64,000 bases of DNA, taken from positions 41,473 through 105,472 of the forward strand of contig VBEC01000018.1 in assembly GCA_005883615.1 (NCBI GenBank), written 5' to 3'. The stretch comes from Chloroflexota bacterium. GTDB lineage: Bacteria; Chloroflexota; Limnocylindria; Limnocylindrales; CSP1-4. A model generated the notes under the pieces. It made no database searches and was not told the DNA's origin. It saw nothing but the letters and a program-made list of their open reading frames with translations. The translations under genes and the position numbers were made by a program. Shown here in pieces: positions 47,380 to 56,617 of this stretch (its first letter is position 1; the number at the start of each line of letters is the position of its first letter).

Positions 47380-48354
47380 GTGGAGGCGGGACGGAGCGTC
47401 GTGCTTCGGATCGCCTGGATCGTCTGCGCCGTCCTGCTCAGCTTGGGCTCGGCCGGGATCATCGCCGGGATCGATCACCAGCCAGGGTCGGACGCGCGTG
47501 CCGAGCTCACGTGGGCCGCCGACGAGGCGATCGAACCCGGATTGATCGCGGCGGCAGGCGACCTCGATCGGCTGTCGACCGAGGTGGACAAGCTGGCGAC
47601 GCTCGGGACCGAGGCGCTGACATCTCTCGTCGGCCGCGACCTGGTGGCCCTTGACACTTCGATTCAGAACGGTCAGGACCTCATCACCAGGATCGAGGCC
47701 GACACGGACGCTTTGCGGACGCGCCTTGCCGAGCTGCCCGCGGCCGATGCGGGCGCTGAGGGCAGGCTCTCGGGCGAGGCGCGCCGGCGCTATGCCGGTC
47801 TGGTCGGAGCGCTCGACGCGACCGCCGGCCTGCGCGATTCGTGGACCAAGCTGACGACGGGCAGCGTGGCGGCCATCAAGCTGACGAAGCTGCTGGCGCT
47901 CCACGACCAGCAGACCGCTGATGCCGCGAGGACGGGAACGAAGGGCGACTACGCGGGCGCGCTCGCGAAGCTCGCCCTGTCCGACGCGACCATCGCCCAG
48001 ACGAAGAAGCTGCGAGACGACCTCTCGGCGACCGTGGACGTGACGATCCTGACCATGTGGATCGACCGTAACGCCGCCTACGACAAGGCCCTTCGCAGCC
48101 TGTACGTGGCGGTCCGCAGCTCGCGTGGCAAGGCCACGCCCGCCGTCAAGCGGGCCATTGCCGCCCAGCAGGCGGCCCTCGCCCAACTCCCGCCGGACAC
48201 GCGCGGCCTCGTCCTGATCATGGCCGACGTGGCCCAGGGCGGGCTCAATCAGGCGGTCATCACGATTGAGGTGGCCCGGAAGCGACTCTCCGACGCGAGC
48301 GCGGCCCTCAGCGCCAGCCCGTCACCGCAGCCGTCCGCCGCTGCGAACCCCTGA
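47380..48354 (+). CDS. Hypothetical membrane-anchored coiled-coil protein
   Basis: TM helix IAWIVCAVLLSLGSAGIIAGI, then a ~290-aa helical domain. Start uncertain (GTG at 47380 or 47401). Confidence 0.4.
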   Translation: MEAGRSVVLRIAWIVCAVLLSLGSAGIIAGIDHQPGSDARAELTWAADEAIEPGLIAAAGDLDRLSTEVDKLATLGTEALTSLVGRDLVALDTSIQNGQDLITRIEADTDALRTRLAELPAADAGAEGRLSGEARRRYAGLVGALDATAGLRDSWTKLTTGSVAAIKLTKLLALHDQQTADAARTGTKGDYAGALAKLALSDATIAQTKKLRDDLSATVDVTILTMWIDRNAAYDKALRSLYVAVRSSRGKATPAVKRAIAAQQAALAQLPPDTRGLVLIMADVAQGGLNQAVITIEVARKRLSDASAALSASPSPQPSAAANP

Positions 48355-48509
48355 GGGCACCGAAATCCTCGAACCTTCGAACTGCGTCGAGCAGCAGAGC
48401 GGCGTCGAATCTCCGAACGGCCTCGGGCCGTACACTTTTCGAAGCGCGGCTTCGAGCGCGCTCCCTGATCCTCGAACCAATCCGCGATCACCCGGAGGCT
48501 TCTGCCCTG

Positions 48510-50132
48510 ATGCAGCTACGCGTCGTCACCGATCAGCCCTGGGATGTCCCGGCTGATGTCCTCGCCGTGCCGGTGCTCGGGGTCGAACCCGAATTTCGCG
48601 GCCCCCTCGACGAGCTCGATCGGCGGAGCGGTGGGGAATTGCGCGCGCTGGCGGCGTTCGGGGAGTTTGGCGGAAAGCGGTTCGATTCTTCACTTGCGGG
48701 CGCCGGCGAGCTTCCGGCGCGCCGGCTGCTGGCGATCCTGGTTGGCGAGGCGGATGCGCTGGACCGCGAGACCGTGCGGCATCTGGGTGCCGCGATCGAA
48801 CGGCGCCTCGGCGGCCGCCAGGTGCGCAGCCTGGCGATCTGGCTGGGGGACCTGCCAGCCCATCTCGACGGCGGCGCCGCGGGCGTTGTCGAGCTCCTCG
48901 CGCGTGGTGTGGTGGAGGGCAGCTACGAGCCTCAGTCGATCTATCGCGATACCGTCGAGAAGCCGCCACCGGCCCTCGACGAGCTGATCCTGGTCGCTCC
49001 GGGGGGCGACGCCACCTCGCTCCGAGCGGCCGCGGAGCGCGGCGTGATCATCGCCGAGGGCGAGAACGAAGCCAGGACGCTTGCAAATCGGGCCTCAAAC
49101 GATGTCAGCCCCAAGGTGCTCGCCGAGGAGGCGCGCGCCATGGCCGAGAAGCACGGGTTGTGGAGCGACATCATCTCGCCCGAGCGGGCGACCGAGATGG
49201 GCATGGGCATGTTCATGGCGGTCGGTCGCGGCAGCGACAATCCGCCCCGCATGATCGTGCTGCGGTCCGGCGACGCGGGCCGTAAGGACGCCCTCGGCCG
49301 TCATCTGGCGATCGTCGGCAAGGGCGTCTGCTTCGACTCCGGCGGGATCAGCATCAAGCCATCCGAACGGATGGAAGAGATGAAGATGGACAAGACCGGA
49401 GCGGCCACGGTGATCTGCGCCATTGCCACGGTCGCCCGGCTGTCGCCCGGCACGCCCCTGCTCGCCCTGGCGCCCGCGGTCGAGAACATGCCCGGTCCCC
49501 ATTCGACACGACCGGGCGACGTCGTCCGGGCGCTCAACGGCAAAGTCGTCGAGATCAACAACACCGATGCCGAGGGTCGCCTGATCCTGGGCGATGCGAT
49601 GACCTACGCCGAACGACTGGGCGCCACCCACATCGTGGACGTGGCCACACTGACCGGCGCTGTGAGCCGGGCATTCGGCCACCTCGTTACCGGGGGCTTC
49701 GGGACGCCGCAGTCCTGGTTCGACGAGGTCGATCGCGCGGCCGCGCTGGCCGGCGAACGGCTCTGGCAGATCCCACTCGTGGACGAATACATGACCGAGA
49801 TGGAGAGCTGGTACGCCGATTTCGTGAACTCCTCGCCGACCGGCGAGGGCGGGTTGGTCAAGAGCGGCCTCTTCCTGCGTGAGTTCCGGACGGTGCCGTG
49901 GGTCCACCTCGACATCGGCGGGACGGGCTATTTCCGCAAGGCAACGCCGTTTGCGCCGAAAGGGGCGACGGGAGTGACCTTTGCCACGCTCGTGGAGCTG
50001 GCCCTTGCCGGCGCCGCCCAAAACGGCTCGAAGGACGGTTCGGAGGGCTCTCGATCCGGGACGTCAAGCCGGGCGAGGCGGCCGGCGGCTGTTGGCGCGC
50101 GCGGCGCTTCCCGGCCACGCCCGAAGGCCTGA
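48510..50132 (+). CDS. pepA: Leucyl aminopeptidase (M17 family, PepA)
   Basis: ...GKGVCFDSGGISIKP...NTDAEGRLILGDAMTYA... are the M17 active-site motifs. Gly/Ser/Arg-rich C-terminal tail. Confidence 0.85.
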   Translation: MQLRVVTDQPWDVPADVLAVPVLGVEPEFRGPLDELDRRSGGELRALAAFGEFGGKRFDSSLAGAGELPARRLLAILVGEADALDRETVRHLGAAIERRLGGRQVRSLAIWLGDLPAHLDGGAAGVVELLARGVVEGSYEPQSIYRDTVEKPPPALDELILVAPGGDATSLRAAAERGVIIAEGENEARTLANRASNDVSPKVLAEEARAMAEKHGLWSDIISPERATEMGMGMFMAVGRGSDNPPRMIVLRSGDAGRKDALGRHLAIVGKGVCFDSGGISIKPSERMEEMKMDKTGAATVICAIATVARLSPGTPLLALAPAVENMPGPHSTRPGDVVRALNGKVVEINNTDAEGRLILGDAMTYAERLGATHIVDVATLTGAVSRAFGHLVTGGFGTPQSWFDEVDRAAALAGERLWQIPLVDEYMTEMESWYADFVNSSPTGEGGLVKSGLFLREFRTVPWVHLDIGGTGYFRKATPFAPKGATGVTFATLVELALAGAAQNGSKDGSEGSRSGTSSRARRPAAVGARGASRPRPKA

Positions 50133-50325
50133 CGGCCTGCCCCTCCGACCGACACCCTGATCCTGCGGGAGCCGTTCGATCAGCCCACTCGCCTTCGTCC
50201 TGGCCCTGGTCGGCCTTGCCTACGGATTCGCGGCTGATCGCGTTGCAGCGCGCTGGCCGGCGCACGAGACCGAGGGGATTCGCCCGATCGACTGGCGCAC
50301 GGCCGTCGTTGCCGCCATCGGCGGC

Positions 50326-50817
50326 TTGGCCCTTGGCGCGCTGCCGGGCCGGTTCGGCGATCCGCCTCACCTGGTGCTCTTCGTCGTCTACTTCCTGGCG
50401 CTGCTCCTGCTGCTCGCCACGGATCTCGATCAGAGGCTGCTGCCGGACCTCGTGACGCTGCCGCTGATCCCGGCGGCCCTCGCCGTTCGCCAGCTGGGCC
50501 TCCTGCCCGACGGATTCGGTCCGTTGTGGGGAGCCGTCGCCATCGCAATCCTCCTACCGGCGGGGCTGTACCTCCTTTCGGTCCCGTTTGGCGCCGGGGC
50601 GATCGGCATCGGCGACCTCAAGCTGCTCGTCGGCGTTGGCCTGCTGAGCGGGCTCGTGCGGACGATCGTGGGCATCGCCGGCGGTGCACTGCTGGCCGGC
50701 GTGGTCGTGCTGGCCCTGCTCCTGACCCGGCGGGTCGGCCTGCGCACGTACATCCCATTCGGCCCCTTCCTGATCATCGGCGCCTTCTGGGCCGTGCTGA
50801 ATGCGGGTGTCGGTTGA
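50326..50817 (+). CDS. A24-family prepilin-peptidase-like membrane protein (CpaA/TadV-like); 5' end unresolved
   Basis: GIGDLKLLVGVG catalytic-Asp motif. The track gives a TTG start at 50326. The same frame is open and protein-like from 50161 (SPLAFVLALVGLAYGFAADRV...) but has no canonical start. Confidence 0.5.
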   Translation: MALGALPGRFGDPPHLVLFVVYFLALLLLLATDLDQRLLPDLVTLPLIPAALAVRQLGLLPDGFGPLWGAVAIAILLPAGLYLLSVPFGAGAIGIGDLKLLVGVGLLSGLVRTIVGIAGGALLAGVVVLALLLTRRVGLRTYIPFGPFLIIGAFWAVLNAGVG

Positions 50818-51049
50818 GCTTCCGACGATTGGTCGCCGCGGCTGGTCGAACGCCGATCGACGCCGGACCTTCGTCCGGGTCAGGGGGAACTTGTTATGGA
50901 TTTGGCAGATGACGAGGGCTGCGGTTATGATGCCGCGCGAGCCGGAGTCGTCCTGAGGCCCGTGTTCAAGCGTTAGGACGGCGGTAAACCCGGCGGGCGT
51001 AGCCGTCACCGCGCCGTCACAGACGCGCCCCACGGAGTTTGCCTGCAGG

Positions 51050-52417
51050 ATGACCGACGTCGAACGTCTCGACCACGCCCGGCCGCGCCACGCTGGAAGC
51101 AAGCCCAGAACCCGCTCCCGCGCACTCTTCCTCCTCATCACCGCCCTTCTGCTCGTTCCCCTTCTCGGAGCGGCGCAGGGAGTTCCCTTCGCCAGCGGCG
51201 ACGACCTGTCGGACGCGCTTGCCAAGCAGCGCGCACTGCAGCAAAAGATCGCCTCCCAGAAGGCGGCGGTCGCCCAACTCAACTCGATGCAGTCCGACCT
51301 CCAGGGACTCATTACCTCGACCAACCAGATCCTGGGCGGCGTCAACGCCGACCTCGTCGTCGTCCAGGCGAAGATCGGCAAGATGGCGGCGGAGATCGCC
51401 AAGGTTCGCGCCGCCTACAACTCACTGGTCCAGCAGCTCGCCCAGCTCGACCAGCAGCTGATCGACACCGAAGCCCAGGAAGCCGCCAAGCAGGCCCAGC
51501 TCGAGGAGCGCAAGGTCATCCTCGGCCAGCGGCTGCAAGCCGCCTACTCCACCGGCGAGCAGTCTCTGCTAGAGACGGTCCTTTCGGCCGAATCGTTCTC
51601 CGACGCCCTTGCCGACGTCGGCTATTACCTGGACATCGGAGATCAGGACAAGGCCCTGGCCGGCCAGATCGAGGCGGACCAGCAGACGCTCGCAGCGATT
51701 CACCAGTCCGTCCTGGCAACGCGCCAGCAGACGGACGTGCTTCGCCTGGAGACAGGCAAGCAGAAGAAAGCACTCGACGCCCGGATCGCCGACCTGCGCG
51801 CCGCACAGGCGAAGCTCAGCCAGCTCCAGGCACAGATCAGGCAGCAGCTTGCCGCGCAGCGGGCGGCGTACGCCAAGCTCGTTGCCAACAAGGCCAGGCT
51901 CGCCTCGGCTCTGGCCAGTGCGGTCAAGGCGCAGGCCAGCCTCAAGCGCAAGATCGACGAGCTCGTCGCCGCGCAGTTCCAGTACGGCAACGTTCCCTCG
52001 GTTTACAACGGCACGCTGATCTGGCCGCTGAACGGCACGATCACCCAACCGTTCGGCTGCACCGGTTTTGCCTGGGAGCCGCCACTGGGTAACTGCGCCC
52101 ACTTCCACAACGGCATCGACATCGCGGCGGCGTACGGCTCCCCGATCGTAGCGGCCGGCCCGGGCCAGGTCGTCTACGCGGGCCCTCTCTACGATCCTGT
52201 TTCGGCCGGTGCCTGGGTCGTCATCATCGCCCACTCGGCCAGCCTGCAGACGTGGTACGCCCACGTGCAGACCCGCCTCCCGGTCCACACCGGCGACACC
52301 GTGTCGCAGGGCCAGCTCATCGCCTACGTCGGCATGACCGGCAATTCAACGGGTCCGCACCTGCACTGGATGGTCGAGCTGAACGGCACGTTCGTGAACC
52401 CGCGCCTGTTCGTCTAG
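51050..52417 (+). CDS. M23-family peptidoglycan DD-metalloendopeptidase with an N-terminal coiled-coil (EnvC-like)
   Basis: Signal/TM sequence, a long Q/A-rich coiled coil, and a C-terminal M23 domain (HNGIDIAAAYGSPIVAA...GNSTGPHLHWMV). Confidence 0.8.
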   Translation: MTDVERLDHARPRHAGSKPRTRSRALFLLITALLLVPLLGAAQGVPFASGDDLSDALAKQRALQQKIASQKAAVAQLNSMQSDLQGLITSTNQILGGVNADLVVVQAKIGKMAAEIAKVRAAYNSLVQQLAQLDQQLIDTEAQEAAKQAQLEERKVILGQRLQAAYSTGEQSLLETVLSAESFSDALADVGYYLDIGDQDKALAGQIEADQQTLAAIHQSVLATRQQTDVLRLETGKQKKALDARIADLRAAQAKLSQLQAQIRQQLAAQRAAYAKLVANKARLASALASAVKAQASLKRKIDELVAAQFQYGNVPSVYNGTLIWPLNGTITQPFGCTGFAWEPPLGNCAHFHNGIDIAAAYGSPIVAAGPGQVVYAGPLYDPVSAGAWVVIIAHSASLQTWYAHVQTRLPVHTGDTVSQGQLIAYVGMTGNSTGPHLHWMVELNGTFVNPRLFV

Positions 52418-52564
52418 CGACGGCTTCTGCGGCCGTCCAGCGACCGCTGCGGCGCAAACGGAATGTTATCGGCGGGATCAGAGGGAGCTCCCCTCCGAGC
52501 GTGCTAGCATCGACCCGAGCGAGGGTCTGATCGGCCTGCCGGTGCTCCGGAAAGGGACGCTCCC

Positions 52565-53923
52565 GTGAAGCGAACGATGGCAGTGATCCTCGCCGGCGGC
52601 GAGGGCGAGCGCCTCTCGATCCTGTCGTCGGTCCGCGCCAAGCCGGCCGTGCCATTCGGCGGGAAGTATCGGATCATCGACTTCACGCTTTCCAACTGTG
52701 TCAACTCGGAGATCGACAACGTCGTCGTCCTGACCCAGTACAACCCCCGCTCGCTCAACGATCACATCGGGCTCGGGCGGCCGTGGGACCTGGATCGGAA
52801 CACGGGCGGCGTGAAGATGCTCCAGCCGTACATCGCCCGGGGCCGAGTGGCGGAGTGGTATCGCGGAACCGCGGACGCCGTCCTCCAGAACCTCAACGTA
52901 ATGGAGCACGACCCCTCCGACACCATCGTGCTTCTCGCGGGCGACCACATCTACAAGATGGACTACCAGCCGTTCGTGGCCGCGCATCGCAGCAAGCGCG
53001 CCGACGTGACGATCGCCGTCCGCCGGGTGCCGCTCTCGGATGCGACGCGCATGGGGATTCTCGCCATGGACGAAACGAGCCGCGTCGTCGAGTGGCAGGA
53101 GAAGCCCAAGCAGCCCAAGAGCGACCTGGCGTCGATGGGCGTCTACGTCTTCTCCAAGCGTGCCCTCCGGCGCTGGCTGTCCGAAGACCGCATCGACTTC
53201 GGCGGGAACGTCATCCCGGCCATGATCGACGGAGGTGCCCGGGTCTTCGGATATCGTTTCGACGGCTACTGGCAGGACGTGGGCACGATCCAGTCGTACT
53301 GGGAAGCCAACATGGCGCTGCTCGAGGATTCCCCGGAGCTCGACATGTACGACAAGGAGTGGCTGATCCACACGCGATCCGAGGAACGCGCGCCGGCCCG
53401 GGTCGGGGCGACCTCGCAGGTCCACCGCAGCCTCATCAGCCATGGCTGCGTGGTCAACGGCACGGTTGTCAATTCGGTCCTTTCGCCGGGCGTTCGGATC
53501 GACGTCGGCGCGGTAGTGCGCGACTCCATCGTCATGTTCGATTCGGTGATCCGGTCCGGCGCCGTGGTCGACCGCGCGATCCTCGACAAGGAGGTCACGA
53601 TCGGCCCAGGCGCGATCATCGGGGAGGGGACCGACATGACGATCCCCAACCGCCAGGAGCCCGGCCGGCTGTTCACGGGCATCACGGTGATCGGGAAGAG
53701 GGCGATCGTCCCGAGAGGCGTCCGCATCGGCCGCAACGTGAAGATCGGCGGCGACGTCCGGGCGGCCGACTTCGTGACCCGCGTGGTGAAGAGCGGCTCG
53801 ACCGTTGAGCGACGTGAAGGGCGCCGCGCGCCCGCGGTGTCGGCGATGAGCGGCGACCGGGAGGCGGAGAACAGCCGCCAGAGCGCCGGCGCGGCGGACG
53901 GGATGGCCCGCGCCTCGGGCTGA
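52565..53923 (+). CDS. glgC: Glucose-1-phosphate adenylyltransferase
   Basis: [12 protein letters not shown]...[23 protein letters not shown]..., with a left-handed beta-helix C-terminus. The start is the GTG at 52565 or the ATG at 52577. Confidence 0.9.
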   Translation: MKRTMAVILAGGEGERLSILSSVRAKPAVPFGGKYRIIDFTLSNCVNSEIDNVVVLTQYNPRSLNDHIGLGRPWDLDRNTGGVKMLQPYIARGRVAEWYRGTADAVLQNLNVMEHDPSDTIVLLAGDHIYKMDYQPFVAAHRSKRADVTIAVRRVPLSDATRMGILAMDETSRVVEWQEKPKQPKSDLASMGVYVFSKRALRRWLSEDRIDFGGNVIPAMIDGGARVFGYRFDGYWQDVGTIQSYWEANMALLEDSPELDMYDKEWLIHTRSEERAPARVGATSQVHRSLISHGCVVNGTVVNSVLSPGVRIDVGAVVRDSIVMFDSVIRSGAVVDRAILDKEVTIGPGAIIGEGTDMTIPNRQEPGRLFTGITVIGKRAIVPRGVRIGRNVKIGGDVRAADFVTRVVKSGSTVERREGRRAPAVSAMSGDREAENSRQSAGAADGMARASG

Positions 53924-53962
53924 ACCGGGGCTGGGACCGCCATCCGGGATAGACTGCCCGCC

Positions 53963-54568
53963 ATGTCTGCCGACGGTCGTGCGCCGGCGCCGATCGGACC
54001 GGCCGCGGCGCCCATCGGACCGGCCGCGGCGCCCATCGGACCCGCCGACGTGGAGCGCTGGCTGGGCGAGCTCGAGCTGCGCCCTGTCGAACGTTCGACT
54101 CGCGACGGCATTTCATCCTGGGATCTGGTCCTCGACGGCCGGCGCCGCTTCGGCATCCGGCTGACGTTGATCCTCGACCCGTCGCTGGGTCTGGTCGTCT
54201 GGGTCCACTACGCACCGCCCATCGGCGATTCGTTCCGCAAGTCCTATCGCAAACTGCTGCGCTGGAACGATGAGTACCCGTTCGCGAAGTTCGGCCTGTC
54301 GGAGGACGACCGGCCGGTCCTGACTTCCGAGCTGCCGGTGCGCTACGTCGATCGTGACGAGCTCGGCCTGGCCATTGCTCGGATGCTCGCGATCTGCGAT
54401 CAGCTGCTCGACGAATCGACGGCCTGGCTGTGGCCCGGCGGGACGGTGCCCGATGTCGACGGCCGGGTGGGGGCCAACGCGGGCCTCCTGGCGGCTTACG
54501 CAGACCGCCTTGGCGAGCTCGCCATCCCCGAGCTGGTGGCCTCCGGCGGGAAGCCTCGCGAGGCGTGA
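53963..54568 (+). CDS. YbjN-domain (putative chaperone/sensory-transduction-regulator-like) protein with an N-terminal APIGPAA x3 repeat
   Basis: LLRWNDEYPFAKFGLSEDDRPVLTSELPVRYVDRDELGLAIARMLAICDQLLD matches the YbjN-family pattern. A 21-nt tandem DNA repeat x3 lies at the 5' end. Confidence 0.5.
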   Translation: MSADGRAPAPIGPAAAPIGPAAAPIGPADVERWLGELELRPVERSTRDGISSWDLVLDGRRRFGIRLTLILDPSLGLVVWVHYAPPIGDSFRKSYRKLLRWNDEYPFAKFGLSEDDRPVLTSELPVRYVDRDELGLAIARMLAICDQLLDESTAWLWPGGTVPDVDGRVGANAGLLAAYADRLGELAIPELVASGGKPREA

Positions 54569-56580
54569 TCCGCGAGCCGTCGGCAGTCGGTCGTCTACTC
54601 GCCCTGTCGGTTCTCGGTGCGGTGGCTCTCGGCGTCGCGGCGGTAACGGCCCCTGAGGTCCGAGCCGCCTCGACGGACCTGACGCTGGTGAGCGAGGCCC
54701 GCTATGACGTCCAGCCCGATCGCCATCGCGTGCACGTCACGGTCGACATCACCGTGGCCAACCATCTGCCGGAGACTGTCATCCGGCGCTATGCCTTCGA
54801 CCGCGCCTTCCTGGCCGTCTTGCCAGCCGCGAGCGGATTTGCCATCAGCTCGACCGGGGCGCACCCGAGCGTCCGCGTCTCCGGCCGGAATGCCGCCTAC
54901 ACCCTGCTGGCGATCGATTTCGGCCGGGCGGTGTATTCCGGTCGCTCAGCCGCGCTGAGGCTGCAATTCGACCTGGTCGATGCCGGCGGCGCGCCGACGC
55001 GATCGGTGCGCGTCACCGAAACGCTGGCGACATTCCCGGTGTGGGCTTACGCCAGTGACGGCGCCTCCGGCTCGAGTGCCAAGGTGACGTTCCCGAGCGG
55101 CTACTCGGTCCAGGAGGCGAACGGAACGATGGGCCGGGCGCAGCCCGGGCCTGGTGGCACCCTGCTGTTCAGCAGCGGCCGGCTGGCGGCGCCCCTCCGC
55201 TTCTCGGCCTATTTCGTGGCTGATCGACCCGGCGCGTTCGTGGAGAAACCGCTCGCCTTGACCGTTGGGGGCATGCCGCTCCCGGTCGTTGTTCGGGCGT
55301 GGGCCGATGACCCCGCGTGGGGGAGCCGGACCGCGGCGCTCGTCAGCCGCGCCCTGCCCGTCCTGGGAACGGCCATCGGGATGCCGTACCGCGGGACGGG
55401 ATCGCTGGTCATCGAGGAAGCGATCGCGCGAGAGAAGGGCGCATCCGTTGCCGCGTTCGATCCCGCGAGCGGTGTCATTCGCGTCGCCTATTACGCCGAC
55501 CCATACACGATCCTGCGAGAGCTCGCCCTGGCCTGGTTCAACGGCAGCTTGCTTGCCGATCGGTGGGCCGACGAGGCGTTCGCCTCGTATTACGCCGAGG
55601 CGGCCGCAAAGGGGCTCGGCATCAAGGCTCCGGCCGTCCCTCAACCGGCTGCCACGGACCCCGGCCATATCGCGCTCAATGCCTGGCGGCCGAGCGGACG
55701 AAGTGACGACCCGGCCTGGCACTTTGCCGAGAGCGCCACCAGCGTGCTGGCTCGTGCCATCGCGAGCCGGGCGGGTCCCAGCGGGCTCCAGGCCGTGTGG
55801 CAGGCCGCCGCAGCACACGAGGCTGCCTACCAGCCCAGCGGCACGTCGAGCGGCGTCGAGACATCCGCCGACCCACCGGACTGGCGGGTGCTCCTTGACC
55901 TCCTCGAAAATCGAACGGGACGCCCGTACGACGACCTGTGGCGCACCTGGGTGGTGACGTCCGAGCAGGCGCCCGAGCTCGAGTCGCGATCTGCTGCGCG
56001 CAGCCTGTATCAGGCGACGGTCGATGCGGCCGGGGACTGGCAATTGCCCGCGCCGGCGAGGATCGCGCTGGGAGCCTGGCAGTTCGACAGGGGCACCGAA
56101 TTGCTTGTCGATGCAGGCGAGGTGCTCAAGCTGCGGGCGCCGCTCCAGCTGGCGGCCGAGGCGGCCGGCCTGAAGCTGCCGACCACCGTCAGGACGCTGT
56201 TCGAGGGGACCGGGTCTGCGCAGACCGCGATCGCCGAGGCGGACGCGGAACGGCGTGCGATCGCCGAGCTTGCCGCCGCCAGGGCGGCCGTGCCGCCCGC
56301 GGTGGACCCGCCGACCTGGCTTGGGCTGATGGGTACCAGGCCGGACGCCATGCTCGCTTCGGCGACCGATGCCTTCGCCCGGGGCAACCTGCCCGCGGCG
56401 GTGCAATCCGCGCAGGACGCCAAGGCTATCTGGCAGGTCGCCCCCGATACCGGCCGGCGGAGGTTCGCGGCGCTGGTCCTCAGCGTCCTGATCATCCTGG
56501 CCCTTACGTTGCTCGTGACGCGGGCACGGCGCGGCGGCCGCCGCGCGCGTCGGGTCATGCGCCGCGAGGGCAGGTCGTAG
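54565..56580 (+). CDS. Secreted, C-terminally membrane-anchored MA-clan metallopeptidase homolog with a degenerate active site (probable pseudo-peptidase)
   Basis: GTGA overlap with the upstream gene. Signal peptide, then RELALAWFNGSLLADRWADEAF where the paralog has HEASHAWFN...WINEGLA. C-terminal TM helix plus Arg-rich tail. Confidence 0.6.
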   Translation: MIREPSAVGRLLALSVLGAVALGVAAVTAPEVRAASTDLTLVSEARYDVQPDRHRVHVTVDITVANHLPETVIRRYAFDRAFLAVLPAASGFAISSTGAHPSVRVSGRNAAYTLLAIDFGRAVYSGRSAALRLQFDLVDAGGAPTRSVRVTETLATFPVWAYASDGASGSSAKVTFPSGYSVQEANGTMGRAQPGPGGTLLFSSGRLAAPLRFSAYFVADRPGAFVEKPLALTVGGMPLPVVVRAWADDPAWGSRTAALVSRALPVLGTAIGMPYRGTGSLVIEEAIAREKGASVAAFDPASGVIRVAYYADPYTILRELALAWFNGSLLADRWADEAFASYYAEAAAKGLGIKAPAVPQPAATDPGHIALNAWRPSGRSDDPAWHFAESATSVLARAIASRAGPSGLQAVWQAAAAHEAAYQPSGTSSGVETSADPPDWRVLLDLLENRTGRPYDDLWRTWVVTSEQAPELESRSAARSLYQATVDAAGDWQLPAPARIALGAWQFDRGTELLVDAGEVLKLRAPLQLAAEAAGLKLPTTVRTLFEGTGSAQTAIAEADAERRAIAELAAARAAVPPAVDPPTWLGLMGTRPDAMLASATDAFARGNLPAAVQSAQDAKAIWQVAPDTGRRRFAALVLSVLIILALTLLVTRARRGGRRARRVMRREGRS

Positions 56581-56617
56581 CCGGCACGAGCGCGAACCGG
56601 AAGCCGCGAACGGCGGA

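Noticed and set aside
44645-48186. Very long - strand ORFs (44645..45895, 45241..46296, 46537..48186)
   Set aside because: Extreme Arg/Pro/Gly composition. They lie antisense to well-supported genes (HAD-IIA, adenosine deaminase). These are typical high-GC frame artefacts, apart from the NYN-domain portion 44645-45244.
50818-51049. c-di-AMP (ydaO) riboswitch upstream of the M23 peptidase
   Set aside because: I could not find the conserved ydaO core elements by eye. Left as a suggestion for cmscan only.
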